Shown here in pieces: positions 10,048 through 19,348 of a stretch of 64,000 nucleotides of DNA; position 1 is the stretch's first letter, and every line of letters begins with the position of its first letter. The stretch lies in NCBI GenBank assembly GCA_964638875.1, contig CAZXBL010000001.1, forward strand, positions 489-64,488, written 5' to 3'. A model generated the notes under the pieces. That model searched no databases. It was not told the origin of the DNA and saw nothing but the letters and a program-made list of their open reading frames with translations. The translations under genes were made by a program, and so were the position numbers. The DNA is from an uncultured Candidatus Saccharibacteria bacterium (GTDB lineage: Bacteria > Patescibacteriota > Saccharimonadia > Saccharimonadales > JALRHH01).

Positions 10048-11877
10048 TTACTCGACGGTAACTGATTTGGCGAGGTTTCGTGGTCTGTCAACGTTGTGAC
10101 CTTTGGCAACAGCAACGTAATATGCAAAAAGCTGCATCACCACTACTACGAGTAGTTCCTGGGTCTGCTCTAATGTTTCTGGGATATAAATGACATCGTC
10201 AGCTACTCTTGCTACAGACTTGTGACCCTCTGTTGTAACCGCGATGACCGGGCCCTTGCGTGCACGGATTTCTTCGATATTAGAGATGGTTTTCTCTAGT
10301 AGTGAGTCATCTGTTGCAACGGCAAAAGTCGGAAAGTTCTCGTCAATCAAGGCAAGGGGACCGTGCTTCATTTCGCCGGCCGAATAGCCCTCAGCATGGA
10401 TGTAACTGATCTCCTTTAGTTTAAGTGCACCTTCAAGGGCGCAAGGGAACCCATATTTGCGGCCGATGAACATGAAATCTGCGTAGTCTTTGTATTTGTG
10501 AGCGAGTCTTTCAATAGACGGAGCATTGTCCAGGATTTGTTTTACTTTGTCTGGCAAGATTTGTAGCTCGTGCATAATTGGCTTGTAAAGTGGCGTCCGA
10601 CCCTGACTTAAATGGAGGGCTATTTCTGTCAGTATGGTCACTTGAGCGATAAAGGCCTTTGTACTAGCAACAGACTGTTCCGGACCGGCATGGCAATATA
10701 CACCCGCATCAGTCATACGGGCTATCGTAGAGCCGACTGTGTTAACAATCCCAAGGCGCAGGACGCCAAAACTCTCAACTTTTTTCAGGGCTGCAATAGT
10801 ATCAGCGGTTTCGCCTGACTGTGATATTGCCAGGAGCGCAGTACTGCGGGAAAACGGCTCGTTTCGATACTTGAATTCTGATGCGTGCTGTACCTCTACT
10901 GGTATACCTGCGATTTCCTCAATGAGGTACTCGCCAACTAGCCCAGCGTAGTATGAAGTGCCACACGCGACTATAACGATACGGTCAATGTAGCGGAGTT
11001 GCTCAGCAACGTTATCAAGCCCACCAAGCTTTACGCTGTTGCTCTCTGGCTTAATACGCCCACGAGTGGCTGCTTGAATTGTCTGTGGCCCCTCGTGAAT
11101 TTCCTTGAGCATGAAATGTGGGTAGTCGCCAAGCGCAGCCTTCTCTGAATCGTAATCCAGTAATTCTGCCTCACGCTGGACCTGCACAGCGTGCTTGATA
11201 TTGTGGATTTTAGCCTCATCTTTGCAGATACGTGCGATCTCATAGTCATCAAGATAAATAACCTTTTTAGTACGATCCATTATAGCTGTGGCGTCAGATG
11301 CCAGGAAATGTTCGCCGTCACCCACGCCGATGACGAGAGGGCTAGACAGACGTGCAACGTACAGACAATCTGGCTCTTTGGCGTATAGAGCAGCTATCGC
11401 ATAGGCACCACTAAGTTCCTCGATAGTCTTTTCAAAGGCTTTCTGAAATGTATCTTCTGCTTGCAGGTGAAAATCGATCAGGTGAGGGATAACCTCGGTG
11501 TCCGTTTCTGATACAAACACGTATCCTTTTGACTGTAAACGAGCACGAAGCTCTTGATAGTTTTCAATAATACCGTTGTGTACAACAAAGATGGTCTTAT
11601 CTGTATTGTAGTGGGGGTGTGCATTGGTAAGGCTTGGCGCTCCGTGAGTTGCCCAGCGAGTATGCCCGATTGCTACGTGTGTGTTATCCACGGGCAGTGT
11701 TTCGAGCTCTCCTTGCAAAGCTTCGACGCGTCCTACCTGTTTTGTGGTGACCGGTTGACCGTCAATGATAGTACTAATTCCGGCTGAGTCGTAGCCCCGA
11801 TATTCCAGGGAGTGCAACCCTTGCATTACGAAGTCAACAGCATGACTTTTTCCGATGTATCCGACAATTCCGCACAT
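10048..11877 (-). CDS. glmS: Glutamine--fructose-6-phosphate transaminase
   Basis: MCGIVG, HTRWATHG, SQSGETAD, RNLAKSVTVE. Confidence 0.98.
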   Translation of the reverse strand: MCGIVGYIGKSHAVDFVMQGLHSLEYRGYDSAGISTIIDGQPVTTKQVGRVEALQGELETLPVDNTHVAIGHTRWATHGAPSLTNAHPHYNTDKTIFVVHNGIIENYQELRARLQSKGYVFVSETDTEVIPHLIDFHLQAEDTFQKAFEKTIEELSGAYAIAALYAKEPDCLYVARLSSPLVIGVGDGEHFLASDATAIMDRTKKVIYLDDYEIARICKDEAKIHNIKHAVQVQREAELLDYDSEKAALGDYPHFMLKEIHEGPQTIQAATRGRIKPESNSVKLGGLDNVAEQLRYIDRIVIVACGTSYYAGLVGEYLIEEIAGIPVEVQHASEFKYRNEPFSRSTALLAISQSGETADTIAALKKVESFGVLRLGIVNTVGSTIARMTDAGVYCHAGPEQSVASTKAFIAQVTILTEIALHLSQGRTPLYKPIMHELQILPDKVKQILDNAPSIERLAHKYKDYADFMFIGRKYGFPCALEGALKLKEISYIHAEGYSAGEMKHGPLALIDENFPTFAVATDDSLLEKTISNIEEIRARKGPVIAVTTEGHKSVARVADDVIYIPETLEQTQELLVVVVMQLFAYYVAVAKGHNVDRPRNLAKSVTVE

Positions 11878-11914
11878 AGACTAAGTAGGTATCCTTTTCA
11901 TTAGTAAGCAGACG

Positions 11915-13015
11915 CTATTGTATAACTTTATCTAAGAAACGGTGTAAACTTCTGTGAAAATTATCGATTGAGTAGTTTTCTGCAGCCTTTTTTATATCAT
12001 CTTGGTTATATTTTGAGGGATCGAAGGTTTGGAGGGTGGTTTGGAGGGATTCTACGGTTTGTTCGGTGAAGAATGCGCCGGTTTTGCCTTCTTGGACGTA
12101 GTCGAGGGCGCCACCGGCTTTGTAGGCGACTACTGGGGTGCCGGCTGCCATGGCTTCAACAGGGGTTATACCAAAGTCATCTTCGCCGCAAAAGATAAAC
12201 GCTTCTGCGCTTGCCATGTATTTTTTGACCTTTTCGTCGGAGACATCAGTGTCAAAGATAACACTTGGCCCGGCTGCTTTCTGAAGATTGATATTTTCTG
12301 GACCATTTCCGGCAACGGTTAGTTTCAGCCCCAGTTCGCTACAAGCTTTTATAGCCAAAATCTGCTGTTTCTGCGGTACCTGACGACCGAGTACCAAAAA
12401 GCCTTCACGTGGCTGCTTAGGGAAGTCACGGAACGGTTCCGTGTTTACAGGAGGGAAGATAACAGTAGAATCACGATTGTAGTACCGCTTGATGTCAGCC
12501 TGGATATGATTAGAATTCGCAATCACGTAGTCTGCACGCTGCGCGGCTTTGTAGTCCCATTCGCGAAAGGGAGCGACGAATAGTTTAAGTGCCAGACGAA
12601 CGATAGGATTAAATGGCCCAAAACCAGGCTTCGCTGTATACAAATCATAGTGACGCCAATAGTAGTGTGTTGGAGAGTGACAATAGTTAACATGTAAAGT
12701 GTTCTTGTCAGTTTTTACAGAAAAGGCTTCGCCATTGCCAGATGAACTAATGACCAAATCATATTTGGACAGGTCAAGATGGCCAAACCACCAGATTCGT
12801 GGCAAAATCATGAATTTACGAAGCTTGCCAAAATGCTGTAGCCAGCCAGTAACGACTTTACCGTCAAGTTTCTGTTGCCATTTATCAGTTGCATAGGAGG
12901 TATAAATGGGTGCATTAGGGAACATGTGGTGTAGCTCCAACACGACTTTTTCAGCACCGCCTCCTACCAACCAGTCATGAACAATCGCAACCTTCAAAGT
13001 TGTTAGATCTTTCAT
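11915..13015 (-). CDS. GT4 glycosyltransferase (WbaZ-like)
   Basis: VAIVHDWL.GGAEKV, YCHSP, EDDFGITPVEAMAAG. Confidence 0.9.
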   Translation of the reverse strand: MKDLTTLKVAIVHDWLVGGGAEKVVLELHHMFPNAPIYTSYATDKWQQKLDGKVVTGWLQHFGKLRKFMILPRIWWFGHLDLSKYDLVISSSGNGEAFSVKTDKNTLHVNYCHSPTHYYWRHYDLYTAKPGFGPFNPIVRLALKLFVAPFREWDYKAAQRADYVIANSNHIQADIKRYYNRDSTVIFPPVNTEPFRDFPKQPREGFLVLGRQVPQKQQILAIKACSELGLKLTVAGNGPENINLQKAAGPSVIFDTDVSDEKVKKYMASAEAFIFCGEDDFGITPVEAMAAGTPVVAYKAGGALDYVQEGKTGAFFTEQTVESLQTTLQTFDPSKYNQDDIKKAAENYSIDNFHRSLHRFLDKVIQ

Positions 13016-14436
13016 TTACCGCCAGTGCCACCAAGGATTGCTCTGGCTGTCCGTATAAGGATAGATATATCAAGCCAGAAGTTCCAGTTCTGCACGTAGT
13101 AGACATCAAGCTTACGACGTTCGTCAAAACTGATGTCGCGACGTCCAGATATTTGCGCTAACCCCGTTAGCCCTGACTTCACGCTTAAAATTGAGTGCTT
13201 CTTCTCGTATGCATTGAGTTCTTGAGGGATAAGTGCGCGTGGTCCAACCAAGCTGATGTCGCCCTTCAACACATTGAATAGTTGTGGTAACTCGTCGAGA
13301 CTAGTGTTTCTTAGAAAGTTTCCGACCCAACCATAGCGAGGGTCATTCTGTAAAAAGTCCCCTCCATCCCTGTATTGCTTGATAAGCTGTGGTTTACCCA
13401 TTTTCTGGAAGGCTTCTTCCGGAGTCATACCGTTATACTTGGTCTTCACAGTGCGGAGTTTGTAGACCCTAAATTCTCTATTAAATCGAGTTAGACGAAT
13501 CTGCCTAAAGAACACATCGCCTTTTGGCTCGGCTAGCTTCATGAAAACTGCCACTACAGCAAGAACAGGTAGGGCGATGACCATACTCAAACTGGTAACC
13601 ACAAGATCAAACAACCGCTTTGCAACTCGTCCCCAACCAATCAGGGCTGTTTGGTGAACAGCGATGACCGGAAGCCCCGCAAACAGCTCTACGGCGATGT
13701 TGCCAACGAATAAATCACTGTTGCCAGGCACAAATCGGTACGAAATATGATTAGTTTGGGCATATAGCAGAATCTTGTTGTTCTTGGCCTGGTCACGGTA
13801 GAGTTCAGTCTGAATGATGCCGTGGATTTGGCCATTATTTAGGTGCTCCACAACGGTTTCAAAATCTTCGAAATGGGGGTAGTCACGGTATTTGCGCCCG
13901 ACAATTCCCAGCACCCGTACTCCGGTACTACGTGTGTCGCCAACAGACTCTGTAATGTCTTCGCTGACACGGGTATCGCCGATGATCAAAATATTGCTGA
14001 CACCTCCACCAAATCGGTACAAAATGTGCCGGAACAATCGAGCAAACGTCCTAAAGAGCGCCAGCAGCACAAACCCAATTATCAGAGCGTACAGTGGCAC
14101 CAATCGTCCGGGCAGTAACTGGTCCTCTGATAAAAAGTCGTAACCAATGATAAGCAACGTGCCAATAAAGGCGCCAACAAGCAACCGACCAAGTTCTACG
14201 AAGCGCTTTTCGTAGATTTCTTGGCGATATAGCCCTATAAAAGCGTGTACCAACAGCCAAACCGGCAATATGTACACAATTGCCTTCAAGAAGTTCTCAC
14301 CGCCTATAGTAGCGATCTTGCCATCGTCAAAGTAGTTGAACCGGAGGAAATAAGCCGCTGCGAATGCAGCTATTAAAGCAATGAAGTCACCGAATAAGAG
14401 GAAAATAGAGTAGATAAGTGAGGCGTTGTTCTTCAT
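13012..14436 (-). CDS. Priming polyprenyl-phosphate sugar transferase (WcaJ/WbaP family)
   Basis: [36 protein letters not shown]; start placed at MKNNAS (14436). Confidence 0.92.
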   Translation of the reverse strand: MKNNASLIYSIFLLFGDFIALIAAFAAAYFLRFNYFDDGKIATIGGENFLKAIVYILPVWLLVHAFIGLYRQEIYEKRFVELGRLLVGAFIGTLLIIGYDFLSEDQLLPGRLVPLYALIIGFVLLALFRTFARLFRHILYRFGGGVSNILIIGDTRVSEDITESVGDTRSTGVRVLGIVGRKYRDYPHFEDFETVVEHLNNGQIHGIIQTELYRDQAKNNKILLYAQTNHISYRFVPGNSDLFVGNIAVELFAGLPVIAVHQTALIGWGRVAKRLFDLVVTSLSMVIALPVLAVVAVFMKLAEPKGDVFFRQIRLTRFNREFRVYKLRTVKTKYNGMTPEEAFQKMGKPQLIKQYRDGGDFLQNDPRYGWVGNFLRNTSLDELPQLFNVLKGDISLVGPRALIPQELNAYEKKHSILSVKSGLTGLAQISGRRDISFDERRKLDVYYVQNWNFWLDISILIRTARAILGGTGGK

Positions 14437-14491
14437 ATAGTGACTATCATTGTACCACCGTAGATAGTTGCTGTTATACAAGTAGAGCGGA

Positions 14492-14519
14492 GGAGGGTAG
14501 GAGCTTGCTCGTACCCTCC
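14492..14519. repeat. GC-rich REP-like palindrome between divergent genes
   Basis: GGAGGGTA-g-GAGCTTGCTC-g-TACCCTCC. Confidence 0.6.
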
Positions 14520-14575
14520 GAGTACTACGCTGTAATCGCATGATATACTATGCTTGATTAGTACAGAATACGAAC

Positions 14576-15022
14576 ATGAAGAAAAAACACTTACTAAAGA
14601 AAAAACAACGTAAAGAATTAACCCGGTTTGCCGAATATATGATCGGTGGTGGTGTCTGGTTCTGGAGTGGGTATGTAATAATCGTTGTCCTGGATGATCA
14701 CATCGGTCTGTTCTGGGCGAATGTATTGGGCCAAACAGTTGGTTTGACGCTCAACTTTATCATCGAGCGGTATTGGGCATTCAAGACCAAGCGACCTGCA
14801 GCCCTATTAGTCGCCACTAAACGCTACATTGGCTACACAGTTGTGAACGCATTCGGGCTTAATTACCTGATACTACTGGGGCTTCGCAGCGTTGGTATTG
14901 ATCCAGCAATCGGGCAATTTATCGCATCTGCATTCTTTACCGTGTGGAACTACTACTGGTACAAAGTCTATGTATTTAAGGGTAAAGACAAGCCAAAGCA
15001 TGTAAAGCACCACACACCATGA
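14576..15022 (+). CDS. GtrA family membrane protein
   Basis: Four TM segments; NFIIERYWAF and WNYYWYKVYVF motifs; next to a sugar transferase. Confidence 0.85.
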   Translation: MKKKHLLKKKQRKELTRFAEYMIGGGVWFWSGYVIIVVLDDHIGLFWANVLGQTVGLTLNFIIERYWAFKTKRPAALLVATKRYIGYTVVNAFGLNYLILLGLRSVGIDPAIGQFIASAFFTVWNYYWYKVYVFKGKDKPKHVKHHTP

Positions 15023-15471
15023 GTGAACAAACAGCAGTTCGTCCAACTAAGAAGCAGCGTGAGTTACTGACCTATATTGAGGGATTTATCGCTGAACATG
15101 GCTACAGCCCGAGTTATCGTGAAATTATGAATGGGTTGAGTTATAGCTCAGTTGCTACGGTAGCGTTACATGTGAATAGTCTGATTAAGCGCGGCCATTT
15201 GCGCAAACGTGACCATTCGGCACGTTCCATAGAACTTGTAGATATTACAGAAGCACCAGTTAAGACGAACGAGGTTAAGCCAGCTGAGGAAAAGTGGTTG
15301 GTTGAAAAAGTTGAACATTATTTTGCCCAAGCAGAGCAAAGCGTGATCACCCAGACACAACTAGATGAGCTGTATGTTCTGATCGGGGCGCTCAAAGTAT
15401 TGGGTCTCGATGGGGCAGCACATTCGTTCATTCCAAGATTGTCAGAATTAAAGGCGGGAGGCGAATCGTAG
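15019..15471 (+). CDS. LexA-type winged-HTH DNA-binding protein lacking the S24 peptidase domain
   Basis: PTKKQRELL..I..HGYSPSYREI..GL..SSVATV..HV..L.KRG.L..ARSIEL; C-terminus has no Ala-Gly cleavage site or Ser/Lys dyad motifs. Confidence 0.8.
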   Translation: MSEQTAVRPTKKQRELLTYIEGFIAEHGYSPSYREIMNGLSYSSVATVALHVNSLIKRGHLRKRDHSARSIELVDITEAPVKTNEVKPAEEKWLVEKVEHYFAQAEQSVITQTQLDELYVLIGALKVLGLDGAAHSFIPRLSELKAGGES

Positions 15472-15473
15472 GC

Positions 15474-16301
15474 ATGGAAATATTGCATGCCATTCTGCTG
15501 GGAATCATAGAGGGAATAACGGAATTCTTGCCCGTTTCCAGTACGGGTCACTTAACGATAGCCGAGCGATTACTCGGCTATGACATCGGCGATCCGGCGA
15601 TCACAGCGTTTACAGCATTTATTCAGACCGGAGCAACGCTAGCGACGATGCTATATTTCAGGAAGGATTTATGGCGGGTCCTGAAAGCTTGGTTCAATGG
15701 ATTGTCTGGCAGGGCAAAACGAGGCGCTGATTACAAACTAGGATGGGGAATTATTATCGGGTCTATCCCAATTGCTATTGTTGGTATAGCTTTTAAGGAG
15801 CATATCGAAACTACTATCCGTAGCCTATGGATTGTCGCAATTGGGCTGCTGGCATGGAGCGCCGTTATGTACCTGACAGAGCGCTACGCAAAACAATCTC
15901 GCAGTGAAAAGTCTGCTACATGGAAAGATACGCTATTTATTGGCCTCGTGCAGTGTATGTCGTTAGTGCCTGGTGTATCACGGTCAGGTGCGACTATCTC
16001 AGCATCGTTCATGCGTGGATTTGACCGGGTTACTGCGACTAGATTGTCGTTCTTCCTGTCTATTCCTGCCTTACTGGCAGCTGGCATCCTACAGGTTGCG
16101 ACTCATGCGGATGATATTGATGCCCGAGTTGGCTGGTTGCCAACGATTGTGGCAACCGTTGTGTCTTTTCTGGTTGCATACGTCGCAGTCGCCTGGCTTT
16201 TGAAATTCATCGCCCACCATTCATTTAAAAGCTTTATTGTCTACCGTGTCGCCATCGGTAGCATCCTGATACTATTGTTGGTAACAGGTGTGTTAGAATA
16301 A
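15474..16301 (+). CDS. uppP: Undecaprenyl-diphosphatase
   Basis: GIIEGITEFLPVSSTGHL, PGVSRSGAT, SFFLSIP. Confidence 0.96.
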   Translation: MEILHAILLGIIEGITEFLPVSSTGHLTIAERLLGYDIGDPAITAFTAFIQTGATLATMLYFRKDLWRVLKAWFNGLSGRAKRGADYKLGWGIIIGSIPIAIVGIAFKEHIETTIRSLWIVAIGLLAWSAVMYLTERYAKQSRSEKSATWKDTLFIGLVQCMSLVPGVSRSGATISASFMRGFDRVTATRLSFFLSIPALLAAGILQVATHADDIDARVGWLPTIVATVVSFLVAYVAVAWLLKFIAHHSFKSFIVYRVAIGSILILLLVTGVLE

Positions 16302-16325
16302 GCGTAATTACATTAGCGAGGGAAT

Positions 16326-16982
16326 ATGGCAAGTCTTAAACCAAAAAAATTATTTACAACAAAAAGAATGCTAGTACTGGCCAACATTGTGGTATTGCTC
16401 GGTCTAGCTGGCTTCGGGGGCTACTTCTTTAAGAAGTACCAGGATACCAAAAACGCGAGTCCAGAAAAAATCCAGCAGGCGCAGGTGGATCAAACAATTA
16501 GTGAGGTTGGCAAGCTATACGCACTGCCAGCCAACGAAAAGCCTGATGTGGCGACCGTTAAGGACAAAGAAGCGCTCAAGAAACAGTACCCATTCTTTGA
16601 TCAGGCTGAGAACGATGACGTCGTTCTGATTTACAAGGAAGCAAAGTTGGCTATCCTATACCGCCCGAGCACCAAGAAACTGGTTAAAGTCGGTCCTGTA
16701 AACATCGAAAACGGTTTAAGTATCCGGACTGTCGGCAGTGATACAGAACGTTCCGCGGTTGAGAAGCTGCTGACCGACAACAAGCTAACCTTCACGACTG
16801 GCGGAACCGCTAAAACTGCAGTTAGTGGTGTGATCGTCGTGGACCTAAAAGGTACGAACAGCGAGCAAGCCAAGAAACTAGCCGAAATCGTCAAGGGAAC
16901 CGTTGGTACTTTGCCGGAAGGTGAAGACAAGCCTGCTGATGCTGACTTGTTAGTACTTGTCGGTCCTACGACAACTCCTTAG
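16326..16982 (+). CDS. Membrane-anchored hypothetical protein, possible LytR C-terminal-like domain
   Basis: N-terminal TM; EKPDVATV...FF..AENDD..LIY..KLAILYRPS motif. Confidence 0.7.
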   Translation: MASLKPKKLFTTKRMLVLANIVVLLGLAGFGGYFFKKYQDTKNASPEKIQQAQVDQTISEVGKLYALPANEKPDVATVKDKEALKKQYPFFDQAENDDVVLIYKEAKLAILYRPSTKKLVKVGPVNIENGLSIRTVGSDTERSAVEKLLTDNKLTFTTGGTAKTAVSGVIVVDLKGTNSEQAKKLAEIVKGTVGTLPEGEDKPADADLLVLVGPTTTP

Positions 16983-17096
16983 TTAATACCACCAGGGGTG
17001 GTGCACTACTACCTATGGTGTGCCAGATGTAGCGTATACTACTACAGCTAGTGTAGCATTAACGTGCTAAGATACCTGTACTTAACAAAAAAGAAA

Positions 17097-17176
17097 GCTG
17101 GAATCAGGTTAAATTCCTGAACTGTGCCGCAACGGTTAAAGTCCGATACAGCGTAAATCTCTCGAGCAGGAGTGAG
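17097..17176 (+). ncRNA. Cobalamin riboswitch-like aptamer (short class-II type)
   Basis: GCTG-GAA-TCAGG(TTAAATT)CCTGA-ACTGTGCCGCAA-CGG(TTAAAGT)CCG-ATA-CAGC reproduces the P3, J3/4, T-loop P4, P5 and P6 core; TATACT -10 at 17035. Confidence 0.75.
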
Positions 17177-17193
17177 TCTACAAGATCTTTGTA

Positions 17194-17227
17194 CCCTCAT
17201 TTACTTACCGGGAATGAGGGGATTTTT
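17194..17227 (+). terminator. Hairpin plus T run, also sequestering a GAGGG RBS-like sequence, just before ATG 17228
   Basis: CCCTCATT...AATGAGGG-GA-TTTTT-ATG. Confidence 0.6.
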
Positions 17228-18733
17228 ATGACCGTTGCAGTCGAATCAGAACAAACAATATTCACAGGGTTCCACACGCTAAATCTTGATGCTGAGCCAA
17301 TAGTAAAGCTTCCTGAATCTGCAGATATCCTTCCTGAGCTTGAAATTAACAGACTGCTCACAGAAGTCGAACACATAGCAAGCGCCTTAAGTGAGTCCGC
17401 TGATGTTCCTGAAGTAATAAGACAAGATGTTACAGTCAATCTCAAGACTTCGCTGGCTGAATTATCGATGCCGTACGCTGTTACTCAGACGGCACATAAA
17501 ATTGAAAGATTGTGGAGTGCAGAAGAGCAACGTGAGATGCGAACCTTTCAGTGGCTTGGTCGTTGTGCAGTTGGCGTGGCGGAGAGCGGATACGACTTCC
17601 ATATCTCTGAGCCAGCCAGAAAACGAGTAGATGTCGAGGTTGAGGAAGCAAAACATGCACAAGAAACCCTAAAGCCTGGCAAGATGCAGTTTTTTGTGTC
17701 ACCGCGTATGTCCAGACAAGATGCACCAGAAGTAGTAGCTAAACAAGAGCATCTGCATGAAGAAGACTCTGTCAGGGCATCTTTTTTGGTCGTAGACAGT
17801 GAAGGTAACGAATCGCATCGAATTATGGAATCACTGCTTGTGAAAGATGTACCTCTCAAAGCCTGGGTTAATATGTTACGTGATCCGGGTAATATATTTG
17901 GCAAATCTATCGGTATCAATGATGAGGGCTCTGCGTTGTCAGTTATGGAGACGTTTCAGGAGCTTGAGCTGGATGAGGAACAAGCACCTGAAGGTCCGGT
18001 GACACTCATAGAGGCAGTAGTTCCATACATCGAAGATGATTTGCAGCGACTTAACGTCCAACTGCAACTTGGCGAGTTTAGAAAAGACCAACAACTATAC
18101 AAAGAAAGATCAGAGCAGTTTGCGACCGAATGGTACGACTTTGATCTGGAGCTTGCTCAGAGTTTACAAAAAGGTGTTACGACCGAAAGAGTGACTAAAT
18201 TTATTTCATCCATTGAATCTTCGTTAGCAGATAATGTTCGTGCAAATTTCGAGAGCTATCGTAATGAAGAGGGCTATGCTGCAACTCGGCACCTCATTGC
18301 ATTAACAGAAAAAGCTAAGCGAAATATCCTGGCAACAAAAGCGGGAATAGCGACGGGCAATGAGCACATACTTGAACAAGTAGATAAGCCAACAATTGAA
18401 GCGGTCCAGACAATCACTGAAAACTATGGCAACCCGGCGCTCGCAAAACAGATTGAAGACGTGGACCGATCCATAGTCAAACAAAGTGTTGAAACCAATG
18501 GTGGTTGTAGTGGTAGTGCCTGTGGCTTAGATGCTGTCAAAGAAGGCGCCGCAGATGCATACATTAATAAACTCGGGGGCGAAAAGGGCGATAAGGTTGC
18601 CAAAGACAAAGTTCGTACCTGTGAGTGTGGCGCAAAAAGCATCGTATACGTATATAACAACGCTAAAGTTATTAAACACTGCGAGTCTTGCAGGGAAACA
18701 GAAGTTACATACACAAAGCGCAAAGCCGCGTAA
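17228..18733 (+). CDS. Hypothetical protein with C-terminal Cys-rich zinc ribbon
   Basis: ~501-aa acidic ORF; GGCSGSACG, CECG...CESC; start at MTVAVE. Confidence 0.75.
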   Translation: MTVAVESEQTIFTGFHTLNLDAEPIVKLPESADILPELEINRLLTEVEHIASALSESADVPEVIRQDVTVNLKTSLAELSMPYAVTQTAHKIERLWSAEEQREMRTFQWLGRCAVGVAESGYDFHISEPARKRVDVEVEEAKHAQETLKPGKMQFFVSPRMSRQDAPEVVAKQEHLHEEDSVRASFLVVDSEGNESHRIMESLLVKDVPLKAWVNMLRDPGNIFGKSIGINDEGSALSVMETFQELELDEEQAPEGPVTLIEAVVPYIEDDLQRLNVQLQLGEFRKDQQLYKERSEQFATEWYDFDLELAQSLQKGVTTERVTKFISSIESSLADNVRANFESYRNEEGYAATRHLIALTEKAKRNILATKAGIATGNEHILEQVDKPTIEAVQTITENYGNPALAKQIEDVDRSIVKQSVETNGGCSGSACGLDAVKEGAADAYINKLGGEKGDKVAKDKVRTCECGAKSIVYVYNNAKVIKHCESCRETEVTYTKRKAA

Positions 18734-18742
18734 AATATAAGG

Positions 18743-19348
18743 GTGAAACCAAAAATTGGGATTTATCCGGCTGCTTTTGACCCAGTGCATAAAGGGCACT
18801 TGGCGTTTGCGCGTGCTGCCAAGGAGCGGTACGGGCTGGATAAGGTCTACTTCCTGATAGAGCCAAATCCCAAGCACAAGCAAGGCGTAAAGGCGTTTGA
18901 ACACCGTACTAACATGGTGCAGCTCGCCACAGCTAATGAATCAGACTTTGGCGTAATTATTCTGGATATCCAAGAATTTGATATAAGGCACGTCTGGCCA
19001 CGTATAACCTCGCGCTTCCTCGGGTCAGAGCTCTTTATGTTAATCGGTAACAATGCCGTTAAACGGCTCGCTGCATGGCCACACACTACAGAATTTGGTA
19101 AACAAGCACCGACATTTGTTGTCGCCAAGCGTCACAGTGTAAAGACGGATGTTAAAAAATCACTCGAAACTCTACTGAAAACTAAGAAGTTGGACCTTCC
19201 GTACAAAATCCTAGAAGCAGACTATCAAACGTATAGTTCGCCAAATATTCGCATGCAGATAAAGCAGAGAGAACACCCCGAAGCACTACCACATAAAGTT
19301 TACGAATATATTCTCCGGAACAAGCTTTACATATCTGGAGCAGACTGA
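18743..19348 (+). CDS. nadD: Nicotinate-nucleotide adenylyltransferase-like protein
   Basis: IGIYPAAFDPVHKGH (HxGH), SSPNIR, VYEYI..NKLY. Confidence 0.75.
   Translation: MKPKIGIYPAAFDPVHKGHLAFARAAKERYGLDKVYFLIEPNPKHKQGVKAFEHRTNMVQLATANESDFGVIILDIQEFDIRHVWPRITSRFLGSELFMLIGNNAVKRLAAWPHTTEFGKQAPTFVVAKRHSVKTDVKKSLETLLKTKKLDLPYKILEADYQTYSSPNIRMQIKQREHPEALPHKVYEYILRNKLYISGAD

Noticed and set aside
11878-11914. glmS ribozyme upstream of glmS
   Set aside because: Only 37 nt separate glmS from the upstream gene, too short for the ribozyme
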